A DNA stretch of 64,000 nucleotides from Penicillus capitatus (lineage: Eukaryota; Plantae; Chlorophyta): assembly GCA_965649825.1 (NCBI GenBank), contig OZ287702.1, positions 982,786 to 1,046,785 on the forward strand. Reading direction: 5' to 3'. The notes under the pieces were generated by a model. That model saw nothing but the letters and a program-made list of their open reading frames with translations. It did not search any database and was not told where the DNA came from. The translations under genes and the position numbers were made by a program. Of this stretch, positions 12,115 to 23,474 are shown piece after piece (the stretch's first letter is position 1; each line of letters begins with the position of its first letter).

Positions 12115-13232
12115 ATGCAGAAATGGGAGAAAGTTCTCTACAAGAATCAACCTTTCCCCGACAACTACACGCCGAATGGGTTCTTGGATGAAGTCGTCTT
12201 CAATGCTCACGTCCAAGAACGACTCTACTGGGCAGTTGTGCGAGCCTCGAGTACCGTCGTGCAGCAGATATGCACCGTCTGCATCTCGACATGCGTCTCT
12301 TACTTGCTCTACCAAGAATCCATCGCATTCGCCACTATGGCAACCATCTGCGCCGCGGCTCTCATTGCAGGTCTCTGCAGGGCCATCTGCCGGCAGGAAT
12401 TGCTTATAGACTGTGTTTGACAGGATTCCTCCTATGCAGCATTGTGGGTGGCCATATTCTGGGTGGGACGATCTACAGAGCCGTTCGGCAATGCATCCTG
12501 TTAACCTCAGGCAGGGGATGTGTTTCATCCATCCACGAGGTGGAGATGCCTCGGGTGTGGCCTTAGGTGTTTTCTTTTTGTCGCCGCTGTTGCAGACACT
12601 GGCCGAGACGATCAGCACAGACACCATTGTCGCTCTGATTTGCATGCTCCTTATCGTCCATCTGTACTTCCATGACTACAAGTGCACCATCCGGCGCCTC
12701 TACTCTGGGCACTGACGCGTCAACTCTGTCATGATTGTGCAGTTTCGTGAACAGTGTCACAGACAAGTTCACAGGAAGTGTCTCCCTTGGCTGTGCCATC
12801 TTCTCCTCTGTCCTCATTTCAAGCCGTATGCAGTCGCCATACAATGTGGTAAGATATCCGCCGTGTTCTGCAGAGTGTGTGTGGTGTCGAGAGAGACAGG
12901 CGTGTGTGTTTGTGTAGTTTTTGCAGAATCTGTTTTCAATGGAGATGTACTTGATGTTCCCCTTTGCTCGCCGATACATCTTACAGTCATCCCCCCGAGT
13001 CTATCTGCTTCTAACCTATGCACTCGTCTCCGTCAGTTTACTATTAACACAGCTGCTATCCTATGTCCTCTCGGTCATACTTCCCCTATCCCTTGTTTTT
13101 GTCTCCTTTGTCTGTCCCTTGTTTCTAGTAAAAATGCACAAGTTCAAGGCACAGATCAACGGCCCTTGGGATGAAGCAGTTCCTCGAATCTCTTCGAAAT
13201 TGCAGAACAGATATCGGACACGCTGTCAATAA
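12115..13232 (+). CDS. PIGC: GPI-GlcNAc transferase subunit C (PIG-C/GPI2)
   Basis: WEKVLYKNQPFPDNY, FLSPLLQTLAETISTDTI, HLYFHDY, KFKAQINGPWDEAVP; four introns, one GC-AG (12511-12566). Confidence 0.95.
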
Positions 13233-13264
13233 CAGTCAATTCTAGCAGCGGTTACAATCAGCTT

Positions 13265-14150
13265 ATGCCCATAACATTATGAAGTGTTATCGTCTTGATC
13301 TCTAGTCTCAGTGCCAGTGGTGATTGTTCAGTGGCCGGATTCAAAAAGAGGAGAGCCCTTCCATATCTCGTATGGAAGGTGTGGCCTGATGGGTTTGTAT
13401 AGTGGTCTGGGTGTTGTGTGCGCCCGGTGCCTACGCCGCCTATCTTCTTTGTTCTCGTTAGATTTTTACTAAAAGCATTACAGCTACGAAAACGACAGAG
13501 TCAAAAGTCGGTTCCGCCCTTCTGGTGCTTGGACAAAAGGACGAGACAGTCATGTGTGCGAATGAAATACACGAGGACCCCAATTTCACCATCGTTGTGT
13601 TCCCTCCACACCAGTCATGTGCTTCGATGCTAGGCTCTGCAGTGACAAGGAAAGCAAAAAAAAGACCACCTGTGGCAGGTCTGTGGCGATCTATGGACCC
13701 ACAAATATGATTCGTGTCGAACAATCAGATTTGATCGTTTTGCATCATATGAGAACGATGCATGCCGACACAATGAAATGCGTGTACAGCTCAGAGAGAG
13801 AGAGTGAAGAACAGCAAAGCAGAGGTTTATTCCTGTTGGAACATAGATGCAGTGCGAAAACAGATGGACACAGAGCACACGAATGTGCGTCCCCTTGTTT
13901 TCCTCCTCCTGCATCTTGGCCATCCCCAAAAAAGAAAAACAACCCGACATTGGATAAGTGTGATGCTATCAGACGATCCGTAAGCCCTGGCAATGCATAT
14001 GTGACCTATACGCTCTTCAAACAATCTACCGCACGGGTCAGGTTAGACAGAAGGGACAGACAGGAGGATGTTGCCGGCATTAGCAGGGAGGGAACATTCA
14101 TACGGGTCAACTACGACTTCAATCACATATACACTCTGACGGTTGACTGA
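13265..14150 (+). CDS. Probable multi-exon gene of unknown function
   Basis: Protein-like terminal exon NPTLDKCDAIRRSVSPGNAYVTYTLFKQSTARVRLD...HIYTLTVD* and upstream GT-AG-bounded segments; start unresolved. Confidence 0.3.
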
Positions 14151-14294
14151 ACTCTTAGAACATAACAGAAGTAAGGTTCTTGGCGCACGCCTGTCGCGGA
14201 AACAAGGAACTGTAGACACCACCAACCAATCAACGAGCAACGAGCAAACGCATGAGCTATGCATGGATGCATGTAGACAGACGTCTTCGTTGAA

Positions 14295-14870
14295 CTACAT
14301 CCATGCACATTGTCTTTTCTCAGAGAGCGACGGGACAAGGAGGTGGTTACCGACAAAGCTTAGCTGTACAGACGCAGCTCTAACATAGAAAGAGCGCAGC
14401 GTGACGTACAGCTTGGATATCTGTCTGATATCTGCGACGGGTGTTGCTTCATCTTTGATGGATGACCATTGGTAAAGACGCTTGCCCGACGCCGACGGGA
14501 GGCGCACGCCCAAAAAGCCGACAACCAACATCAGAAGACCTGCACCACACAGAACGACGCATCTTAGACGCTTCGTGGATTTGACCACATGGTAAGGCGT
14601 ATTGCGGCGAAGGCGGTCCGCATCGCATGGAGGGATACCACCCGCCGTGCTGTGGAGTCGATAACGTGTGGAACGACACGCAAACGACGCAGTGCATCGC
14701 GATGTCCCTTACCCATGTCTCCATTGTTGGACACGTCGGGCGAACGTGCGTCTTAATTCACTGAAGTCATTTCTTTTTTGTGACGAAGCATTGCCGTTTT
14801 CTTATATATCTGACGGACTTCCAATCATAGCGAACAATCCATGAAGCAGCGGTGCACCTGACTGGGCATG
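14295..14870 (-). CDS. Small single-pass membrane protein of unknown function
   Basis: Basic segment followed by hydrophobic VVLCGAGLLMLVVGFLGV; plausible GT-AG introns; 5' end may need a frameshift. Confidence 0.35.
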
Positions 14871-14996
14871 GTACTGTCTTCTTCAGAACCTCCATCAGTC
14901 TCGACAGAAGCCGTCCGATTCAACAACCGAAAACCCTACTGCGGCAATCGTACGACGTGACACCTCCATTGCCTGCCACCTTCACCATCGGACGCT

Positions 14997-15901
14997 ATGA
15001 TGACGCACATGAGTCTCCGCGGAGAATCCGCTTGGATGACGCCGGGACGCGTCTGCCAACGCCCGGCGACCGTTCGTCCATATGCACTGACACGACACCC
15101 ATACGTCCGACCGTCAAGAAAACCCGCTGTACGGTCGAAAAGCGTCCCAGGAAGAAACTGCTTACTCGGTCAGTACGCTCATTTGGAGTGGGTCAGATGG
15201 CGACGATGCTGTGCCACGTGAACAGTAACACGGGCGTCGTCAGCACCAACGGCAAACGATGCACTGGAACTGACAAGTGAAAACGTGGAGACGGTCCTGG
15301 ACGAGGTCCCCTCTCTTACTCCCTCCTCATGTCAACACGCACGCACATCGGAAGCGTTGCGTGTTTGTGTAGATCCGACCTTACCTGATGGCAGATGGGG
15401 GCAATGTCGAGTTAGTCGAAGTGGATGGCCTAAATGTGTTGCTGAGATTGCAAGGCGCATGTGGATCATGTCCTTCTTCTTTAACCACGATGACGATGGG
15501 GATCAAGAGACGTCTCATGGAACGCATTCCCGTAAGAAAACGCACGCACTGTCCATTGCCATACACAGCACATCTGCCGTTGGCTTCGTAGGAGATTCTG
15601 GACGTTGAACAGATTATGGATGAAGCGACAGGTTTGGAATTGACTGCTGAGAATGTGGACACGGTGATATCCCTCTTTGCTGGCATCTCAGCATCACAGG
15701 CTTTGTTTTTAGGTGCTGGATGAGATTCGTCCCTATCTGGTGGGCACTGGAGGTGGCGATTTGTTGTACGAAGGAATGGAGGGTCCGTTGGTTAAGGTCA
15801 AGATCACGGGACCCGCGGCCAATGTCATGACTGTTCGCGTGGCCGTGACACAGAAACTGAGAGAACGCATTCCCTCAATCGCCGCCGTCAAATTGATGTA
15901 A
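14997..15901 (+). CDS. NFU2: Plastid NifU-like Fe-S cluster carrier (NFU2/3 type, two NFU domains)
   Basis: Transit peptide; [24 protein letters not shown]...[11 protein letters not shown]; second domain [15 protein letters not shown]...[14 protein letters not shown]; four GT-AG introns. Confidence 0.93.
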
Positions 15902-16296
15902 TGCTTACCTTTTTGGCCATTCGCCATACAAACATTCTTTATGTCTATTCTCTCAACGAAGGGAAGAAAGGCGTCCGTCCTTTACACTTGCTTGCTGTCA
16001 GTTGCAACCCGATAACAATGATTAATGTCAATTCTCTCTCTCATAGTTTACGACGACCAGAACAGCACCTCCCTTACAAGAGATGACCAGAAGTTAACAT
16101 AGTTTAGTAGAAACGAGGGATCGAAACATGCAGGTGTTACGCGACAAGAGTGCTGAATCTGTTAAGGCACCAACTACTAGCTCCACTGCGTAAACGCGAT
16201 ACAAGAAAACAAAAACAAGAATGCATAGAAAATCCTTCTCTGGTAGATACACTTTCATTTCGGACGTTTTTTACGTGTATCATCGCTTGGCGTCTG

Positions 16297-16834
16297 TTAG
16301 CTCAAGAGAAATCTGCGACCACCTTTCGGTGGAGGCGATTCTTCTTCAAGTTCATCGCTTTCCTTTGGCGCCTCCTTCGATGGCGCTGTCGCCGGCTCAT
16401 TGCCTGAATCTTGAGATCCATACTGTGCACAATCGCCACATGTCTCCCCGACGCAAGCGACTTCAACACGACGACAGCGTGCGGAACATTCGTTCAGGTA
16501 CAGATGTCCATCGACGCCACAGGTCGTGACATTCTTTTCTTGGTGACACAAGCACACAAGAGTCGGCCCTGGACAGACACGGACATGTCCATAGACAGTC
16601 AACTAGTGCCGGGATTCTCACGTGAGGTATTGTACAGTGTTTCCAAGAGTGCCAGGTCTTCAGGAGTGGCGCCTTGCGCGATAAGGTCTACGGAGAACCG
16701 GTAGACCGATGCTGGTACTGAGAGAGACGCCTACCAGCTCTGTACTCTTTACCGAAGTCACTCTCCGTGTTGTTATGCGCCTCGGAGAAGGGCACAAGCA
16801 GAACAAGTATTGCGAAAAGCAGTTGCGTGTTCAT
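16297..16834 (-). CDS. Small secreted Kazal-type protease-inhibitor-domain protein
   Basis: Signal peptide MNTQLLFAILVLLVPFSEA; CLC...TTCGVDGHLYLNECSARC Kazal pattern; acidic Pro-rich tail; two introns. Confidence 0.8.
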
Positions 16835-16923
16835 TTTCGATTCGCAGCAGTCAACTTAAAATCCAGCCGCTTTCATAACAGACTAACCAACGGCATTTGC
16901 TTCGATGAATGCATTTTGGCGTA

Positions 16924-17421
16924 ATGGAATCGACGACTGTTGTGACGAGCGGCAAAGGGTCGAATCCGAAGACGACGCTCTATGTCGGTGGTCTCGATGT
17001 CACTGTTGTCGAATCGCATCTGTTTTCGGCCTTCGTTCCTTTTGGAGATATCCGTGATGTGACGATTCCGATCGATTACACTTCGGGCAAGCATCGGGGA
17101 TTCGGTTTTGTTGAATACGAGGAGGCAGATGACGCGGCGGCGGCGGTTGAGAACATGCACAACTCCGAGCTGTTCGGTCGCGTGCTGCGCGTGAATTACG
17201 CTCAGCCCATGCGCATCAAAGGAGACAAGGCGTGGTCACATCAAGCCGTGTGGGCAGATGCGGACAAGTACTTTGAAGAGCAGCACGTTAGTAAAGATCG
17301 AGGAGAAGAAGAGACGCAGAAGACGCGTACCGAACACACCGAGACGCCTTCAGAGGCACCGCCGATCGTGTCCCAGCCAGTTGCTAATCCCATGGAGGAC
17401 TTGGAGAAAGCACTCGTTTAA
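16924..17421 (+). CDS. Stand-alone RRM protein of the cyclophilin-E (PPIE) N-terminal type, no PPIase domain
   Basis: LYVGGL (RNP2), [10 protein letters not shown] (RNP1), [19 protein letters not shown]...HQAVWADAD. Confidence 0.9.
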   Translation: MESTTVVTSGKGSNPKTTLYVGGLDVTVVESHLFSAFVPFGDIRDVTIPIDYTSGKHRGFGFVEYEEADDAAAAVENMHNSELFGRVLRVNYAQPMRIKGDKAWSHQAVWADADKYFEEQHVSKDRGEEETQKTRTEHTETPSEAPPIVSQPVANPMEDLEKALV

Positions 17422-17460
17422 CGACATGCGATCGATCGTACATCACACGTGGAACCGATC

Positions 17461-18504
17461 TTAGAGATGAGATAATGGATTGTCGATGTCGTTCTTGTCA
17501 TTGATCGGTGTCTCTGAGACGGACGGAGGTGTAGGAGATCGGCGAACTGCCTTCCAGAGGGCGACGGCTTTGGCACCCAGTTTAAGGGAGGAGACGCCTT
17601 GTCTCAAGGCTCTTAGTTGACGCGAAGGTCGCTCGGCAAGGTCCATGGCAAGGATGCTCGTCCCTTGCATCGTTGCACGCTCTCGTAGCATTTCCTCCAG
17701 TGCATCTGCAGAGCACGGGGTCAATTTCTCACTCTTTCAGAGAAAGTGTGGCATCACTCTTGGCATCAGGTGTTTTGCTGCGAATGGCTGGAAGAATGGT
17801 ATGCTTGAATAGCTCAGTCCCTTGATGCATTCCTTTCTCGGCTGCCGAAACGACATTCGCCGAACTTCGCAAGCCCGATGCCAGATCAGACCTGCAAATG
17901 CGGAAGGGATCGGTCGGGGAGTGCGAAAAGTTAAAGAGGACCCGAGTGCCGTGAACTCTTCGATGCAATCCGAAATCTCGAGACTCGACAGACGCATCGC
18001 CGCCATCGTTTCCGGCATCTCAAGCTCGAGCAATTTCATCACAACGGTCACTCTTCGCGCAGCAAAAGAGACTTCCTATCGCACACCCATTTTTTGCCTT
18101 CATGGATCGATCTGTCAGCATCGCACTCGCAGTGTCGACAGGGCAGAAATGAGAAACACGGAGGCCGTGATGCAAAAGAGAAAAATTCCGACGCCCACGA
18201 GCCATTGCACACCGACATGCGTCAACCCCATTCCCATGACCGCCTCTGTCACGATGCAATGGCGTTCGGCCGTCACATCCGTCTCTTTGCTTCCACCGAG
18301 GCTACACTTTGACGATCGTAAAATCGGACATCGGATGGATCCGTACAGTCTCCTTCGCGACGGCAAAGTTCTGCGGATCTCCGAACGGCGTATCGACGAT
18401 AATGACGGCACTCTTTTCCCAACATTGCATTTCTGAGTGAACCCAGGTTTTGGTGTCAGCACTGACAGTGGTGAACTCTTCGTGCAATTCCGCAGGTACT
18501 GCAT
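17461..18504 (-). CDS. Conserved plastid single-TM coiled-coil protein (resembles the plant At5g09995 family from memory)
   Basis: Transit peptide, TM WLVGVGIFLFCITASVFLISAL, then ELEMPETMAAMRLSSLEISDCIEE; three GT-AG introns give a continuous frame. Confidence 0.7.
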
Positions 18505-18645
18505 GCTGTCGGTCGTGTCCAACCCGCTCGTGTGCTGCTCGAACGATGACGTCACATCATCTTCATCGGTATTAAAAACCTGACGTATTGCGTCGTCGTC
18601 ATCGCCGTTTTCGATTTACCAAGTTTCATTTTATTGGCCTTTCTG

Positions 18646-19899
18646 ATGAGTAACGTCGCAGCAGTGTGTTACGCATGCAACGAGACTTTCTTGACGTCCA
18701 CTCGCGGCTCCCCAGACACGCTCAGATGCGTGCACTGTGGTAGCGATTTCGTCGAGTTCCTCACCGAGCCCACGGAACCGCGTGGCCCAAGACAACCGAG
18801 TGTTCCGCCACGTAGAGGTGGTTTTGCCGAAAGAACACGAGGCGCCGTCCACTCCCATGGAAATCACGTATTCATGCTACCCGACCCGAGTGTGTCCATT
18901 CGGATGGCACCCAGTGGAGCTCGCGACATATTAACCGAGCTTAGAGGGGTGTTAGACGCAGAGCACTATCACGGCAACGCCAGTCGTTCTGGAAATCTTC
19001 GACGCAACTTTGGAAGTGAGATGGAGAGACTGGTCGGTCAGCTGGCGCAGTACCATCAGCCGACACGCACTCCTGCCTCGAGAGAAGCTGTGAGTCGGCT
19101 GAGAAGAGAAAAATGTACGCTTCGGGGCCATCGATGCCTCGTCGGAGAATGCTGCGTCGTGTGTCACGATCAGTATAAAGAAGGAGACAATGTGCTGCGT
19201 TTGCCCTGTGACCACGTTTTCCATGAAGACTGCGTCCTGCCGTGGTTTGAGGAGCATAATACCTGTCCAGTGTGTCGCCATGCTCTGCCAGTTCAGTCAT
19301 CTGCTGCAGCCCCCTGCCATTTGCCTCACCGCTCCCGCAGAAATCAGGTAGTGCAAGAACATACTCATCATCGTGATGTGACTGGAGACCATATGATTGA
19401 TTCTTTTTTGGATATGTTCAGACCCGCAACTGGTGGTGAACGACGAGAGCAACGTCCAAGACATCATCGCCATTCATCTCCTGCTCCGTTTGCCAGTCAT
19501 GTCCAATTGGATCGTTCAACCGAAGGGGAAGGAGAACGTCATTTGAGGGAGAGTATTCGTTCGGCACAACATCAGCTTAGTTCATTAGAAGATCGTCTTA
19601 CAGAGCACGTCGCAGAGCATCGCCGCCTTCAGAATCAAATTGCGCAATTGCAAGAACATAGACAAGGTTTAAGAGAACAGGTCTCAGCTGTACAAAATCA
19701 AGGATTGGATGCGATTCATCGAATGGAAAATGTGGTGCAACAGCATAACCAACACCGACGCACCAGCCAGTCTCCGCCATCATCTATTTCAAGATGGTTT
19801 CTGGGAATGATGCGTAACGGACCACCTTCGACTGGGGGACGACCTTCTCATGACTTTGACAACTCGACAAACTTTTCCGACGCTGGGTTTGGTCGGTAG
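18646..19899 (+). CDS. RING-H2 E3 ubiquitin ligase with N-terminal zinc ribbon (RNF115/126, plant BTL-like) and C-terminal coiled coil
   Basis: CYAC...CVHCGSDFVE ribbon; CVVC...LPCDHVFHEDCVLPWFEEHNTCPVCR; intronless. Confidence 0.92.
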   Translation: MSNVAAVCYACNETFLTSTRGSPDTLRCVHCGSDFVEFLTEPTEPRGPRQPSVPPRRGGFAERTRGAVHSHGNHVFMLPDPSVSIRMAPSGARDILTELRGVLDAEHYHGNASRSGNLRRNFGSEMERLVGQLAQYHQPTRTPASREAVSRLRREKCTLRGHRCLVGECCVVCHDQYKEGDNVLRLPCDHVFHEDCVLPWFEEHNTCPVCRHALPVQSSAAAPCHLPHRSRRNQVVQEHTHHRDVTGDHMIDSFLDMFRPATGGERREQRPRHHRHSSPAPFASHVQLDRSTEGEGERHLRESIRSAQHQLSSLEDRLTEHVAEHRRLQNQIAQLQEHRQGLREQVSAVQNQGLDAIHRMENVVQQHNQHRRTSQSPPSSISRWFLGMMRNGPPSTGGRPSHDFDNSTNFSDAGFGR

Positions 19900-20612
19900 A
19901 CGACACTGTGACCAATAACCTTCCCTGGACATTATCCTGTACAGCGTGACTGATAATATCCATGTTTTCCTGTTTGCACCGTTTAAGAGGTTCGAAAAAT
20001 TCAAATCCAGTAATTGAGTCATCTTCTGATGAACATGAATTCTGCGCCGCCCCCTGAAGGATCGAAGCTATTCATCTTTTTTTGTTTTTGTGCCGTTCTG
20101 ACACGTTTGGACGATCACGTTTCCAATCTGTGTAGAAGCAAGTATCATTCGTCTGTTTCTTTAAGCCTTTCAACCATCGAGCGACCAGATCTGCTTTTGG
20201 TCATCTGCCAAGCCTCGCTCCTCATCTCGATCTCTTCTCGCAGAGAGGAAGCATGGACAACCATAAAAGAAATTCCTTGTGTCTTTCAAGAAGAGGACGA
20301 AGAGCATGAGACCTTACAAATACCATTCCCACGAAGACAAGACAGTCCTCGTCATACGTCATTCTTGAAATCGCGCAATTGAATGAACACGTACGCGGCG
20401 AAAGAAGAGGTTTGTCAAGGAACTAGATCTGCTGATCTTTTTATGAAGACTGCGTGATCATCCATCCCGCAACACTTCTGTTGCAGCATTATAGAAGGAG
20501 GGAATTTCCAGTAAAAAAATTCGGTGGGGCATGTTGGCGAGCCAAACTCTTCTGTAAACTCAGGAGCGCGGATAAGAAGACGTGGTGTTGTTTTTAAGAA
20601 ATGCCTGTTCAT

Positions 20613-23451
20613 TCAACTGACGCCCGGAGGAGATCTGTCTGCATCGACAACATCTCCTTTCGTATATCGCATGGACATCGCTCTCTTAGTCTCTTCGATC
20701 TGTTCTTCATAGTTTGCAAGGGCACATCGCATCTGTTCTCGTATGATCTGTACCATCCCCTGCTGTCTTTCGTCGATCATAGATGGATGTCTACCTGAAT
20801 CGGCGAGGTTTTCGGTAACGACGTGTGGTTCTCTCTGTCGGCGTCTCGGTTCTCATCCGCAGCTACGGCGCATTGTATGAGACAACGGATCATGAGAGCG
20901 CGGTGGATGTTGTGTTCATCGTCTTCGATCGACGCCGAGGCGACGAGTTTGTTCAACTTCTTCTGAGTGCGGATGCCGAAAGGCAGGTCGAGCTTCATCG
21001 CCTTATCGAGCATCGTCTGAAGTCCCGCGATCGATAAATCCCATTCTTCCGCGACACTCGTATCTCCTTGCGTTTCTTTCGCTTTTCTTCCCTCGTTTGT
21101 CCCTGCGACGCATCTTAAGGCATTTCTGCCGTTTTAGACACCGCGGAGACCTCTTTCTCGTGTCGACTGTTGTTGACAGGCATCTCTCTCCAAAACCGCG
21201 AGCGTCTGAGAATAGAGATCCTTTAATTGATGGACCGTGCGCCGACGATAAAAGACGACGGGTCGAAGCATTGCATTCGAAAACTCGAAACGCATCTCCT
21301 CCTGCGAACGATGTCTAGCTTTCCTCGACTGCTTGTACAGCAGTCGTTTGCATTGCACGGCATCAAGAATGAGGCCTACAGCTTGGCGAACCTGCACACG
21401 TGTTCGTCATACTCCTGGCAATAACAGAGACGTAACCTTCTGTTCTTTCTGTCGCCGAGCGAGTTCTGCCGAAATCTCTCCACGCCGTGTTTTCCAGATA
21501 TCTGGACAGAGACGCATTCCACGGAGCTGGATTACGCGAGAGACAGGCAAGTCGATGGACGGTCGTGTTGTAAAGCTCCATGTGGCCAAGAAACAGCCAG
21601 GACGCTCAGCAGAAAAAAGAAACCTGATGAAGAGACGGCATCGACAAGACAGACGTAGGGCCAATGACCGATAGACCTGCACTCTTTTGTCTCGCCAGGA
21701 AGGAGCACTCCTTCTTTATCCAGCAGAAAGAACACACTAGATACGTGTGACGATGGCACGTCGTTCTCTGAAAGGGAGGAGCACGAATCCTCAGTTTCTG
21801 CAGAGGCTTCTTTTGCGTTTTCTGATCTCCAGCTGTAGAACAAAGCAGTGTTCCCGTCGTTCTTGACCCATAACGTCTTTTCATCGATATCATTCAGGGA
21901 CGACAGAAAAAAGAGTTCTTCCTGCGAGAATGTATAATGGGGAGCTCTCACGGCGAAATACGAGTCGGGGATAGGAATCTCCTGCTGTACACCTCCCGCC
22001 TATCATAAGCGGCTGTCGTGGATCGGCATGAGAGCGAGTATACCGTCTGGCGATCGTCTTCTGTAGAGGGGGCAAGCTTTTCGACAAGATCCGAGCGTGT
22101 TCGTCGGAGGACGGATTCGACGTCGTCCCACGTCACTTCCTGTGACAGCTTCATCTGCCACGTCTTTTCGATACTCTGTCCCCGAATGATGAGATCTCGA
22201 CCCGATCGCTCATTTACCGACCATCCCTTTACGACACACAAAGCACCTCTGGTAGAGTACGGCCAACTGCTGTCTATATCACCTGCTGTGAGCATTTCTC
22301 CTTAAGGCGTGTTGAATGAATCCAGTTACGTCCTCTGTTTGAAAGAGATGAGCATTGCGGCACTGCACCATTGCCTCTACGGTGATGGAGTCTCTGACAA
22401 ATCTCATCATCGACATGCGAATGAATCGTGGCGTCATTGCTGTTTATAGAAATGCATCGCGTTGTGCGGTAAGGAGAACGCACTCGTGGAGCTTTCGGCG
22501 ACTGCGGTCGGTGGCAGAGGTGAAGAGACCGCTGTAGACACCTCCGACCGGAATCCATTGCTGCCATGCCTCTCTTAAACTCATTTTCCACACACCGCTA
22601 CCCAGACTCTGATCACTCGAAGGCAGATGCGTGGTAAGTCGATCTACGACTTCCATTCTTTCTCTCCACTCGCCACCTAACAAGCACACTCGTATACCGA
22701 ATGGTGAGCAAGACGGTTAGCCGAAGAGATATCGGCGCTGTTTGTATCACGGACCTCTTGCCATTGCCAACTGGTCGATCGGAACCTCTAGTTTCTTTGA
22801 CAGTGCAATAGCAATGGCATATCGCGTTCTTTGTTGTTGATCCCAGCGTTTCAAAGATGCACTGCACACAGCATGCTCAGTAATTTGCGAGAGAAGTGCG
22901 AAAAATATAGAAGCGTCGAACACAGTCGTCGTACGTGCTGTTTGGCTGACTCTCTGAAGATGTCGGCTGACGATGGTGCGCCTGCATGTGTGTCAGTGTC
23001 GACCTGAGTCGATCTCTAAGACTCAGATGTCAGATGAGAGGCGCCTGTGTTCTGTGACCTTTCTGTGCAGATATCCGAATAGATGCGACACACGTCCTGC
23101 TTTTCGTCTTCATCCAGATTCTGGATTCTGTTCTTTATCTCTTTCGGAAGACGGAACGTGTCGTCGTCGATGAGCCGTCCGGGCTATCGGAAACGCCATA
23201 CCGTTTTCAGATCTCGCGCTTCAAGCGTTTACCTCCGAAGCGATCGATGCTGCCATCTTTTTGATCTCCATTTCGCATTGACAGCTTGAATTCTTAATTT
23301 GCGATCGCAGCGATGACCATGAATTCGGGGAGAGGCCCAATGCACACTTCCTCAAAGATCGGGCGATGGATCGCGTCGATCGAAAAGAACGGTCGTCGTT
23401 ATCGTCGGAAAACGGCAGGCTGAGATTGGCATTTTCCCTATCATTCGCCAT
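20613..23451 (-). CDS. MYCBPAP: MYCBP-associated-protein-like ciliary protein; 3' end uncertain (may extend to about 20100)
   Basis: LKRWDQQQ...LSKKLEVPIDQLAMARGEWRER; LWVKNDGNTALFYSW; FFLLDKEGVLLPGETKE; FSAERPGCFLATWSFTTRP match the family pattern as remembered. Confidence 0.65.
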
Positions 23452-23474
23452 CACGATCGTGACACACATACATC

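Noticed and set aside
13265-13380. In-frame TGA (13280) after an ATG, close to PSTK: possible selenoprotein
   Set aside because: The TGA is codon 6 of a signal-peptide-like stretch, with no redox motif and no SECIS identified; proximity to PSTK is not evidence.
16924-17421. Cyclophilin-E-like RRM lacking the PPIase domain
   Set aside because: The stand-alone form is the normal state in plants and green algae.
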